NCBI GenBank assembly: GCA_017447685.1
Contig: JAFSMZ010000053.1
Coordinates: 2,914 to 66,913, forward strand
DNA length: 64,000 nucleotides
Source: Oscillospiraceae bacterium
GTDB lineage: Bacteria > Bacillota > Clostridia > Oscillospirales > Oscillospiraceae
Direction of reading: 5' to 3'
In this document: positions 48,529 through 57,074 of the stretch, one piece after another
Layout: each line of letters opens with the position of its first letter
Position numbering within the stretch: position 1 is the first letter of the stretch
Notes under the pieces: model-generated
Told to the model about the DNA's origin: nothing
Database searches by the model: none
What the model saw: only the letters and a program-made list of their open reading frames with translations
Program-made: the position numbers and the translations under genes

Positions 48529-49671
48529 ATGGAAATGACGAGAGAGAAAAAACGCGGCTTTGCCGCCATAGGGAGGCTCTGCCCGTTAAGGCATGTGCTG
48601 CTCCTGCTGAACGCCGTCATCATCGGCGTGCACCTGGCCACCAGGGGGAATTATGCCTGGAACCGGGAACTGTCGGGAAACTATGTGCGGCCGGTCCACC
48701 GCTTCCTGGCCAAGGCCACGGATCTGCTGCCCTTCTCCCTGGCGGAAGCGATCTACGCCCTTGCGATCGTCGGCGGACTGGTTTACATAATCCTGGAGCT
48801 GGTGCAGTGCATCCGCCGGAAGGAATGGGGCAAACGGCTGTACAAGGTGCTGGTGAGCCTGCTCACCGCGGGCGCGGTGTTTTACGGCGGCTTCTGCCTG
48901 CTCTGGGGCGTATTCTATTACGGCGACGATTTCATGGCCCAGAGCGGGCTCAAGCGGGAGAAGATCTCCACAGAACAACTGGCGGAAGTCACTGCCTGGT
49001 ACGCGGCGCTGGCAAACGAGTACGCGGAGCAGGTGCCCCGGGACGAGCGTGGCGTCTGCGATCTGGACAGGAAAGCGATCCTGGCCCGCTCGCCGGAGGT
49101 CTACCGGGGACTGGAGCAACGCTTTCCCTGCCTGGAGGGGCCGGAGGTCCACGCCAAGGGGATGGTCTTTTCCCGGGTGATGAGTCTGATCGATTTCACC
49201 GGCTTCTTTTTCCCCCTCACTGCCGAGGCCAATGTGAACACGGATTTTCCCAGCTCTCTTTTCCCCTCCACGGTGGCCCATGAGTTGGCCCACCAGCGTG
49301 GCGTTGCCAAGGAGCAGGAGGCGAATTTCGTAGCGGTGCTGGCCTGCCTGGACTACGGGGATCCGGAATATGTGTATTCCGCGGCGCTGCTGGCCTACAC
49401 CCATCTGGGCAACGCCCTCTACGGGGCGGACCGGGCGGCCTGGGAGCCGGTCTACGGCAGCCTCTGTGAGGACGTGAAGCGGGATTTCGCCGCGAACCGC
49501 CTGTACTGGCAGCAGTTTGAGACCCCGGTGCAGAAGGCTTCCAACACGGTGTACGAGGGCTTTTTGCAGAGCTATGACCAGGAGATGGGCCTCAAAAGCT
49601 ACGGCGCCTGTGTGGACCTGCTGGTGAATTATTATTATGAGGCCGGGCAGGGCGCGGGTGCAAACGGATAA
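48529..49671 (+). CDS. DUF3810-like membrane-associated zinc metalloprotein (HExxH)
   Basis: 380 aa. N-terminal TM segments, then STVAHELAHQRGVAKEQEANF. Confidence 0.6.
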   Translation: MEMTREKKRGFAAIGRLCPLRHVLLLLNAVIIGVHLATRGNYAWNRELSGNYVRPVHRFLAKATDLLPFSLAEAIYALAIVGGLVYIILELVQCIRRKEWGKRLYKVLVSLLTAGAVFYGGFCLLWGVFYYGDDFMAQSGLKREKISTEQLAEVTAWYAALANEYAEQVPRDERGVCDLDRKAILARSPEVYRGLEQRFPCLEGPEVHAKGMVFSRVMSLIDFTGFFFPLTAEANVNTDFPSSLFPSTVAHELAHQRGVAKEQEANFVAVLACLDYGDPEYVYSAALLAYTHLGNALYGADRAAWEPVYGSLCEDVKRDFAANRLYWQQFETPVQKASNTVYEGFLQSYDQEMGLKSYGACVDLLVNYYYEAGQGAGANG

Positions 49672-49683
49672 AGAGGATAGAAC

Positions 49684-49730
49684 AAAATCGGGCGGACGTG
49701 CTGAGATCAGCTGCGCATCCGCCCGATTTT
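49684..49730 (+). terminator. Rho-independent terminator
   Basis: AAAATCGGGCGGA-loop-TCCGCCCGATTTT. Confidence 0.65.
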
Positions 49731-49789
49731 GTGCGCGGGGAATGAGAGCCGGGGCGTCGACCCCTGCTCAAAACTCAAAACTGAAAACA

Positions 49790-49820
49790 AAAAGGGATGT
49801 GAGAAATCACATCCCTTTTC
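49790..49820 (-). terminator. Terminator (bidirectional form) of the lipoprotein gene
   Basis: AAAAGGGATGTGA-gaaa-TCACATCCCTTTT. Confidence 0.75.
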
Positions 49821-49822
49821 AT

Positions 49823-51268
49823 TTAATAGGTGGCAATGGCGAGAAAGCCGGCGTAGCTGTCCGGGTCTTCCACCACAGTGATGCGGAGCCGGGTGCCGTT
49901 GGCTTCATAGTTCCAGTAAGTGGAATGCTCATACAGGTCCGAGGTGATGAACAGGTCATAGGTCCCGTCGGGGTTTACGAAGGCGCCGTCCAGCACCAGG
50001 TTGTTCACATCGGTGGCCCAGGTGTTGACCCAGGTCCGGTCCATGAGGGCAAGGTTGATGCGCTGCCACAGCTCGCTTTCCCGGGAAACGTAGCGGGAAA
50101 GCTCGCCAAAATAATAGTCATAGGACTGGCTGCCGAAAAAGCCGTAATAGAAGGGCGCAAACTCCTGGGCGAAGATGAGGAAGCGCTCCTTCAACTCCTC
50201 GTCACATTCCTCCGCGTATTCCCGGTGCTCATCCAGGGCATCTTCGGGCAGGACAACGCGGTCCGGAACGCTTTCGGGCTTCACATAGCCCGCCGGCTTG
50301 GGGGCAACCAGCCAGGCGTTGGGAAGGTCCCGGGTGCCGCCGGCCTGGTTGGAGGAGCGGTTCACAGCCTCGCCGTTGAGGTACATGCAGGTGGAGTTGC
50401 CGCCGTCCATGTTGGAGGCGTTGATGCAGCCGAACTTGTCGGCCATGAGGTCAATGCAGTCGCCGAAGGTGACGCCGATGCTGTAGCCCTGGCGGCCGTC
50501 AATGGCGACCAGGACCATCACGCCGTCCTCCCGCTGGCCGACCATGGTTCTGGCGCCGATGCCGGATTCCAGCGTTTCCGGATCCGTCTTCACGCCGTCC
50601 TGAATCAGAGCGGGGCCGAAGCAGACCGCATCCCGGAGACCCAGGTCCTCACAGTCCTGATAGGTATAGAAGCCGGACCAGAGGCGATTGTTCTGATCCA
50701 GACCGGCAATGGGACCGAATTCTTCCTGCTCAAAGTTGATGCCGCGGCTGTAGGTGATGCCCTGGGGGGGCCAGCCACGGCCGCCGCCGTCCTCGTCCTT
50801 GAAGCCGCCGGCGTTGACACCGGCCAGCGCGCCGTACTCCTCGGCCAGTTTGTCCAGCGTCAGGCCCTGGCCGCCCCAGGGATTGGGCTCGGGCAGCGCG
50901 GTTCCCACGAAGACCTGGGAGGGGTCGAGAACGAAAAGTGCATAGACCGTTGCGCCCTTGTAGTTCATCCGATAGGGGATGATGCCGTCGCCGTCCTCGT
51001 CCTCAAGGAGCTCTCCGATGATGGGCTCGGGAGTCGGCTCCGGGGTGGGTTCGGGAGTCGGCTCCGGGGTGGGTTCGGGAGTAGGCTCTGGGGTCGGCTC
51101 CGGGGTGGGCTCGGGCGTGGGCTCCGCGGTAGGCTCCGGGCTGGGCTCCGCAGTGGCCACGGCGGGGGCGGGAGTCTCGGGAGGGGGCATGCTGCAGGCC
51201 GCCAGGGCAAGGATCAGAGCGGCGCAGAGGAATATGGACAAAGTGCGGGTCAAAACTCTTTTATTCAT
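49823..51268 (-). CDS. Phosphodiester glycosidase (DUF2233/NAGPA-like) family lipoprotein with an (EPTP)n linker
   Basis: Lipobox LALAAC. About 45-aa Pro/Glu/Thr repeat. Core blocks AGVNAGGF.., GARTMVGQREDG.. and ASNMDGGNST. Confidence 0.65.
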   Translation of the reverse strand: MNKRVLTRTLSIFLCAALILALAACSMPPPETPAPAVATAEPSPEPTAEPTPEPTPEPTPEPTPEPTPEPTPEPTPEPTPEPIIGELLEDEDGDGIIPYRMNYKGATVYALFVLDPSQVFVGTALPEPNPWGGQGLTLDKLAEEYGALAGVNAGGFKDEDGGGRGWPPQGITYSRGINFEQEEFGPIAGLDQNNRLWSGFYTYQDCEDLGLRDAVCFGPALIQDGVKTDPETLESGIGARTMVGQREDGVMVLVAIDGRQGYSIGVTFGDCIDLMADKFGCINASNMDGGNSTCMYLNGEAVNRSSNQAGGTRDLPNAWLVAPKPAGYVKPESVPDRVVLPEDALDEHREYAEECDEELKERFLIFAQEFAPFYYGFFGSQSYDYYFGELSRYVSRESELWQRINLALMDRTWVNTWATDVNNLVLDGAFVNPDGTYDLFITSDLYEHSTYWNYEANGTRLRITVVEDPDSYAGFLAIATY

Positions 51269-51461
51269 GAAAAAGTCCCTTCTTCAAAGCAAATCAATGG
51301 GATTGTACAATAAGAAACCTGACAAGTCAAGGAAAAGAGACGGGACTTTCGAAAAGAGAGACGGGACTTTCGAAAAGAGCCGATTGCAGAAAAGCGTTCT
51401 TTGTGATAAACTAAACAATTAGAGTATAGGGCCTTTATCAGGCGGGATGGAGCGAGAAGCC

Positions 51462-51953
51462 ATGGATTTTACGCATTTTAACGAACAGGGCAGGGCAAAA
51501 ATGGTGAACGTGGGGGAGAAAAGCCCCAGCGTTCGCAGCGCCACGGCAGCTGCAAGAGTCCTGGTGAACCGGGAGACCTTTGCCCTGATCCGCAGCGGCG
51601 GCATGAAAAAGGGGGATGTGCTCACCGTGGCCCAGGTGGCCGGCGTCATGGGCGCCAAACGCACCCCGGACCTGATCCCCATGTGCCACCCGATCCTGAT
51701 CGACGGGGTGGATCTGCAGCTGAGCCTGGACGAGGAGCGCTGCAGCGTGGAGATCCGGGCCACCGTCTCCTGCGACGGGCGCACCGGCGTGGAGATGGAG
51801 GCCCTCACCGCCGTGAGCACCGCGGCCCTTACAGTATATGACATGTGCAAGGCCGTGCAAAAGGACATGGTCATCACGGACGTCCGGCTGCTGCGCAAAA
51901 GCGGCGGTGTGCACGGGGATTTTGAGAGAAAGGATGAGGCGCAGCATGGATAA
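51462..51953 (+). CDS. moaC: Cyclic pyranopterin monophosphate synthase MoaC
   Basis: MDFTHFNEQGRAKMVNVGEK.. DLIPMCHPI .. TGVEMEALTAVS... The alternative ATG 51447 would add 5 aa. Confidence 0.85.
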   Translation: MDFTHFNEQGRAKMVNVGEKSPSVRSATAAARVLVNRETFALIRSGGMKKGDVLTVAQVAGVMGAKRTPDLIPMCHPILIDGVDLQLSLDEERCSVEIRATVSCDGRTGVEMEALTAVSTAALTVYDMCKAVQKDMVITDVRLLRKSGGVHGDFERKDEAQHG

Positions 51954-52698
51954 ACAGGAGATCACCGCGCTGCTGGAGAGCGTGGCCGCCGGGACCACCC
52001 CGGTGGAGGAGGCGGTGCTGCAGTTGAAGACCGCGCCCATCCGGGAGATCGGCGCCTATGCCAAGGTGGACCTGCACCGGGGCCTGCGCCAGGGCGTGCC
52101 CGAGGTTATTTACGGCGCGGGCAAAACGCCGGAGCACATCCTGGGCATTGCCAGGGCCATGCGGGAGAGCGGCCAGGAGACCGTGCTGGTGACCCGCATG
52201 AGCCCGGAGGCGGCGGCCCTGGTGGAGAAAGAGCTGCCCCTGCGCTACGATCCCCAGTCCAAAACCGGGGTGATCGGAAGGCTACCCGCGCCCACGGGCA
52301 AGGGCACCGTGGTGGTGGCAACCGGCGGCACCAGCGATATCCCCGTGGCGGAGGAGGCGGCCGTCACCGCCGAGGCCCTGGGCAACCGGGTGGTGCGGCT
52401 TTACGACGTGGGCGTCTCCGGCATCCACCGACTGCTGAGCCATCTGGAGGAGATCATGAGCGCACGGGTCATCGTGGCGGTGGCCGGCATGGAGGGGGCC
52501 CTCCCCTCGGTGATCGGCGGCCTTGCCGACTGCCCGGTGATCGCGGTGCCCACCAGCGTGGGCTACGGCGCCTCCCTGGGCGGGATCGCGGCGCTTCTCA
52601 GCATGCTCAATTCCTGCGCCAGCGGCGTTTCGGTGGTGAACATCGACAACGGCTTCGGCGCGGGCTATATGGCCAGCATGATCAACCATCTGGATTGA
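51946..52698 (+). CDS. larB: LarB, pyridinium-3,5-biscarboxylic acid mononucleotide synthase (PurE-fold)
   Basis: 250 aa; VVVATGGTSDIPVAEEA .. AVAGMEGALPSV. The start overlaps the moaC stop by 8 nt. Confidence 0.8.
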   Translation: MDKQEITALLESVAAGTTPVEEAVLQLKTAPIREIGAYAKVDLHRGLRQGVPEVIYGAGKTPEHILGIARAMRESGQETVLVTRMSPEAAALVEKELPLRYDPQSKTGVIGRLPAPTGKGTVVVATGGTSDIPVAEEAAVTAEALGNRVVRLYDVGVSGIHRLLSHLEEIMSARVIVAVAGMEGALPSVIGGLADCPVIAVPTSVGYGASLGGIAALLSMLNSCASGVSVVNIDNGFGAGYMASMINHLD

Positions 52699-52733
52699 AC
52701 GAGTTTTGCGTTTTGAGACTTGACCTTTGCGCT

Positions 52734-53489
52734 ATGACGATTCAAGACTTTTTTTCCGAACACCCCAAGGCGGCGCTGGCCTTTTCGGGGGGCGTGGACT
52801 CGGCCTATCTGCTGTATGCGGGAATACAGGCCGGGGCCGACATCCGACCCTACTATGCTAAGAGCCAGTTCCAGCCCCAATTTGAATATGAGGACGCCAT
52901 GCGCCTCTGCCGGGAGCTGGGGGCGGAGCCCAGAGTGCTGCGGCTGGACGCCTTGTGCTCAAAGGACGTGGCGCGCAACGGACCGGACCGCTGCTACCAC
53001 TGCAAGATCAATATTATGTCAACCGTTTTGAAGGCCGCAGCTGAGGACGGCTATCCGGTATTGCTGGACGGGACCAACGCCTCCGACGACGCGGGGGACC
53101 GGCCCGGCATGCGGGCGCTGCGGGAACTGGAGATCCTCTCGCCCCTGCGGCTCTGCGGGCTCACCAAGCCCGAGATCCGGCGGCGCAGCCGGGAGGCGGG
53201 GCTTTTCACCTGGAATAAGCCCGCCTACGCCTGCCTGGCCACCCGGGTGAAGACCGGAGAGCTCATTACCAACGAACGGCTCGCGGCCATCGAGGAGAGC
53301 GAGGATTATCTCTTTTCCAAAGGCTATACGGATTTCCGGGTGCGCACCATGGGAAAGGCGGCGCTGCTGCAGTTTCCGGCGGAGCAGCTGGAAAAGGCCA
53401 AAAGCGAGGAGACGGAGATCGTCGGAAGGCTGAGGGCCTTCTTTGAGAGCATTTCCATAGACCCGAGGGGGAGAACAAAAGGCTTATGA
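52734..53489 (+). CDS. larE: LarE, ATP-dependent sacrificial sulfur transferase (PP-loop)
   Basis: PP-loop FSGGVDS. Candidate sacrificial Cys in YACLATR. The track start at 52695 is TTG; ATG 52734 is preferred. Confidence 0.8.
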   Translation: MTIQDFFSEHPKAALAFSGGVDSAYLLYAGIQAGADIRPYYAKSQFQPQFEYEDAMRLCRELGAEPRVLRLDALCSKDVARNGPDRCYHCKINIMSTVLKAAAEDGYPVLLDGTNASDDAGDRPGMRALRELEILSPLRLCGLTKPEIRRRSREAGLFTWNKPAYACLATRVKTGELITNERLAAIEESEDYLFSKGYTDFRVRTMGKAALLQFPAEQLEKAKSEETEIVGRLRAFFESISIDPRGRTKGL

Positions 53490-54664
53490 AAACACTGTAT
53501 TTGGAATGCAATATGGGCGCGGCGGGGGATATGCTGACGGCTGCCCTGCTGGAGCTGCACCCGGAGCCCGGGGCCTTTCTGGAAAAGCTGAACGCCGCGC
53601 TGCCCGAGGGGGTCGCCGTTTCGGCGGAGAAGGACGAAAAGCGGGGCATTCGCGGCACCCATGTCCATGTGAATATCCACGGGGAAGAGGAGGGGCAGGA
53701 GGTCGGACACCACCACCATCACCACCATACTTCGGTGAGCGAGATCCTGGAGCGGATCCGGGGACTGGAGATCCCGGAGCAGGTGAAGGAGGATGCCTTC
53801 GCCGTCTACCGCCGGATCGCGGCGGCGGAGAGTGAGGTCCACGGAGAGCCGGTGGAGAATATCCACCTGCACGAGGTGGGCTCCCTGGACGCCCTGGCGG
53901 ATGTGCTGGCGGTGTGCTGGCTGCTCTTTGAGCTGGAGCCGGAGAAGATCGTCTGCTCCCCCATCGCGGTGGGCAGCGGCACCGTAAAATGTGCCCACGG
54001 CATCCTGCCGGTGCCGGCGCCGGCCACGGCGCTGCTGCTGCGGGGTCTGCCCGTCTGGGCGGGAAGCGAAAAGGGAGAGCTCTGTACGCCCACGGGAGCG
54101 GCGCTGCTGGGTCATTTCGCGCAGCAATACGGCCCCATGCCCGCCATGGTCCCGGAAAAGTGCGGGATCGGCACGGGACACAAGGACTTTGCCACGGCCA
54201 ATGTGCTGCGGGCCTTCTGGGGCGAGAGCGAAGGAGAGCGGGAAGCGATCCTGGAGCTCAAATGCAACCTGGACGACAGCACCGGGGAAGAACTGGGCTT
54301 TGCCATGGAAATGCTCTTTGAAGAGGGCGCCCTGGACGTGTTCACCACTCCCATCGGCATGAAGAAGGACCGCCCTGCAGTTATGGTAACTGTTTTATGT
54401 AAACCAGAAAAGCGGGACGAGCTGATCCGCTGCCTGTTCCGGCACACCACGACCCTGGGCGTGCGGGAGAGCGCCTGCCTGAGATCTACCCTGCAGCGGG
54501 GCTTTTACACGGTGGAGACCGAGGCTGGCCCGGTGCGCTTCAAGACGGCGGAGGGCTTCGGCGTGAACCGGGAGAAGGCGGAGTTTGAGGACCTGGCCCG
54601 GATCGCCCGGGAGCAGGGCATCAGCCTGCGGGAAGCCGCCGCTTTGGCGGAGCTGGAGTCATGA
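53486..54664 (+). CDS. larC: LarC, nickel insertion protein (NPN cofactor cyclometallase)
   Basis: 392 aa. MKTLYLECNMGAAGDM.., His tract GHHHHHHHT, HLHEVGSLDALADV. ATGA overlap with larE. Confidence 0.85.
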   Translation: MKTLYLECNMGAAGDMLTAALLELHPEPGAFLEKLNAALPEGVAVSAEKDEKRGIRGTHVHVNIHGEEEGQEVGHHHHHHHTSVSEILERIRGLEIPEQVKEDAFAVYRRIAAAESEVHGEPVENIHLHEVGSLDALADVLAVCWLLFELEPEKIVCSPIAVGSGTVKCAHGILPVPAPATALLLRGLPVWAGSEKGELCTPTGAALLGHFAQQYGPMPAMVPEKCGIGTGHKDFATANVLRAFWGESEGEREAILELKCNLDDSTGEELGFAMEMLFEEGALDVFTTPIGMKKDRPAVMVTVLCKPEKRDELIRCLFRHTTTLGVRESACLRSTLQRGFYTVETEAGPVRFKTAEGFGVNREKAEFEDLARIAREQGISLREAAALAELES

Positions 54665-55182
54665 AGATCGCGATCCTGGGTTTTTCCGGCTCCGGAAAAT
54701 CCACTCTGGCCCAGACCCTGGGGGAGATTACCGGCGCGCCGGTGCTGCACCTGGACACGGTCCAGTTCCTGCCGAACTGGGAGGTCCGGGACGGGGCGGA
54801 AAAGGAGCGCATGGTGGAGGAGTTCCTGGACAGTCACAGCGCTTGGATCATCGACGGCAATTACCGGAAGCTCTCCTATGAGCGGCGTCTTGCCGAGGCG
54901 GATCAGATCTGGATCCTGCTCTTCGACCGGCTCACCAGGCTCTATCGGGTCTGCCGCCGCTACCGGCAGTACCGGGGGAAGAACAGACCGGATATGGCGG
55001 AGGGCTGCCCGGAAAAGCTGGACGCAGAATTTATCCGCTGGGTGCTGTGGAAGGGCTGCACGCCGGAGATCGACCAAAGGATGCGGGACATCGTCCGGCA
55101 GTACCCGGAAAAGAGCCATCTGCTGGAAAATCAGCACCAGGTGGATACCGCCCTGCGGCTCTTTCGGGAGGGGAGACTGTGA
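54661..55182 (+). CDS. P-loop adenylate-kinase-like protein (FlaR topology modulation family)
   Basis: GFSGSGKST P-loop, then ..RYRQYRGKNRPDMAEGCPEKLD... ATGA overlap with larC. Confidence 0.7.
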   Translation: MKIAILGFSGSGKSTLAQTLGEITGAPVLHLDTVQFLPNWEVRDGAEKERMVEEFLDSHSAWIIDGNYRKLSYERRLAEADQIWILLFDRLTRLYRVCRRYRQYRGKNRPDMAEGCPEKLDAEFIRWVLWKGCTPEIDQRMRDIVRQYPEKSHLLENQHQVDTALRLFREGRL

Positions 55183-55502
55183 TCGGCCGGACCGTTACCG
55201 TCGCCGTGGACCGTCCTCTGGGGAGCAGGCATCCGGAGTATCCAGAACTAATTTACCCGGTGAATTACGGCTATATCCCCGGGATCCTCGCAGGAGACGG
55301 GGAAGAGCAGGATGCCTATATCCTGGGAGTGGAGGAGCCGGTTCGGACCTTTACCGGCAGGGTCATCGCCGTGATCCATCGGCTGGACGATGCGGAGGAC
55401 AAGTGGGTTCTGGCCCCGGCTGGCAGCGTATACACGGCGGAGCAGATCGCTGCGGCGACTGCGTTTCAGGAACGATACTTCCGCACATGGATCGAAATAT
55501 AA
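55179..55502 (+). CDS. Small inorganic-pyrophosphatase-like protein
   Basis: GTG 55179 follows GGGAG, with a GTGA overlap onto the upstream gene. 107 aa. YPVNYGYIPGILAGDGEEQDAYILG resembles the family I PPase core. Confidence 0.5.
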   Translation: MIGRTVTVAVDRPLGSRHPEYPELIYPVNYGYIPGILAGDGEEQDAYILGVEEPVRTFTGRVIAVIHRLDDAEDKWVLAPAGSVYTAEQIAAATAFQERYFRTWIEI

Positions 55503-55545
55503 AAAAGGAACTGCTCTGTCCCAGCGCGACAGAGCAGTTCCTTTT
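55503..55545. terminator. Bidirectional rho-independent terminator
   Basis: AAAAGGAACTGCTCTGTC-loop-GACAGAGCAGTTCCTTTT. Confidence 0.85.
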
Positions 55546-55586
55546 TGCAATTTGATTTACATAACATCAAGATTATTGAATTAATG

Positions 55587-57074
55587 TTAACCTATGTGGT
55601 TTACATAATTAACAAACCGGAGGAAAGCGGCCTGGCCTGCCGCATCCCGCTTGTAAACGCCGGCGTCGCAGAGGACCTGGAGGAACACGGCGCCCACCTC
55701 CTGACGGAGGATCGCCTCGGTGTTTTCCTCGGTGAAGGTATAGCGGGTCTTCAGCTCCTCGGCCCAGTCGGCGTGGGCGGCGGTGAGAGGATCGGCCTTC
55801 AAATCGGCACCGGAGAGGATGGCGCTGCGCAGGGCTTCCAGCTCCGCCTTCAGGCGGCTGGGGAGAACGGCAAGGCCCATGACCTCGATGAGGCCGATGT
55901 TTTCCTTCTTGATGTGGTGCAGGTTCTGGTGGGGATGGTAGAGACCGAGAGGGTACTCCTCGGTGGTCAGGTTGTTGCGCAGCACCAGGTCGATCTGGTA
56001 GTCCTCTCCCCGACGGCGGACAATGGGGGTGATGGTGTTGTGGGGGACGCCATCGGTCTCGGCAAGGATCACGGCGGCCTCGTCGGTGTAGCCCCGCCAG
56101 GCCAGCAGGATCTTGTCGGCCAGCTCCGCCAGGCGGAAGCGATCCGGCCCGGTGAGGCGGATCACCGACATGGGCCACTTCACGATACCTGCCTGCACGT
56201 CGTCAAAGCCGGCAAAGGAGAGCGGCGTTTCCACCGGGGCTTTGGCCATGGCGAACTCATAGTGGCCACCCTGGAAGTGATCGTGGCTCAGGATAGAGCC
56301 GCCCACGATGGGCAGGTCCGCGTTGGAGCCCACAAAGTAGTGGGGGAACTGACTGACAAAGTCAAAGAGCTTGAGGAAGGCGGCCTTGTCGATCTTCATG
56401 GGGGTGTGTTTAGCATTGAAGACGATGCAGTGCTCGTTATAGTACACATAGGGGGAATACTGAAAGTACCAGGGCGCGTCGTTGATGGTGAGGGGGATGA
56501 TGCGGTGATTCTGGCGGGCGGGGTGGTTCATGCGCCCGGCGTAGCCCTCGTTCTCGGCGCAGAGCTGGCACTTGGGATAGCCGGACTGGGGGGCGAGCTT
56601 GGCAGCCGCGATGGCCCGGGGATCCTTTTCGGGCTTGGAGAGGTTCACGGTGATGTCCAGATCCCCGTACTCACAGGGATAGACCCATTTCAGATCCTTC
56701 TGGATCCGATCCCGCCGGATATAGTTGGAGTCGCAGCTGAACTGGTAGTACCAGTCCGTGGCGGCCTCGGGATAGTCCACCCGCAGGCCCTCGAAGATCG
56801 CCCGGACCTCGTGGGGCGGGGGCAGGATGGCGCCCATGAGTCTGGTGTCAAACAGGTCCCGGGCGGTGATGTTGTCCTCAATGAGGCCGCGGCGCACCGC
56901 GTCGTCGGTAAGAGCGGTGAGGATCTCGGGCAGCTCCGCCTGCACCGGCTCTCCCTCGGCTTCGTCCAGACCCATGACCTCCAGAAGACGGTTATAGGCC
57001 CAGAACTCGTCTCCCTCCTGGATCAGGGCCCGATCCAGGGCGTAGTTCACCAGCGCGTCAAGATAGCCTTTCAT
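55587..57074 (-). CDS. galT: Galactose-1-phosphate uridylyltransferase (Firmicutes long type)
   Basis: 495 aa; MKGYLDALVNYALDRALI... Confidence 0.85.
   Translation of the reverse strand: MKGYLDALVNYALDRALIQEGDEFWAYNRLLEVMGLDEAEGEPVQAELPEILTALTDDAVRRGLIEDNITARDLFDTRLMGAILPPPHEVRAIFEGLRVDYPEAATDWYYQFSCDSNYIRRDRIQKDLKWVYPCEYGDLDITVNLSKPEKDPRAIAAAKLAPQSGYPKCQLCAENEGYAGRMNHPARQNHRIIPLTINDAPWYFQYSPYVYYNEHCIVFNAKHTPMKIDKAAFLKLFDFVSQFPHYFVGSNADLPIVGGSILSHDHFQGGHYEFAMAKAPVETPLSFAGFDDVQAGIVKWPMSVIRLTGPDRFRLAELADKILLAWRGYTDEAAVILAETDGVPHNTITPIVRRRGEDYQIDLVLRNNLTTEEYPLGLYHPHQNLHHIKKENIGLIEVMGLAVLPSRLKAELEALRSAILSGADLKADPLTAAHADWAEELKTRYTFTEENTEAILRQEVGAVFLQVLCDAGVYKRDAAGQAAFLRFVNYVNHIG

Noticed and set aside
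47919-48641. 240-aa minus-strand ORF containing HSSLFTFHSSLFT repeats.
   Set aside because: It is the translation of the GTGAARA heptamer microsatellite and of the antisense strand of rplT. No start context supports it.
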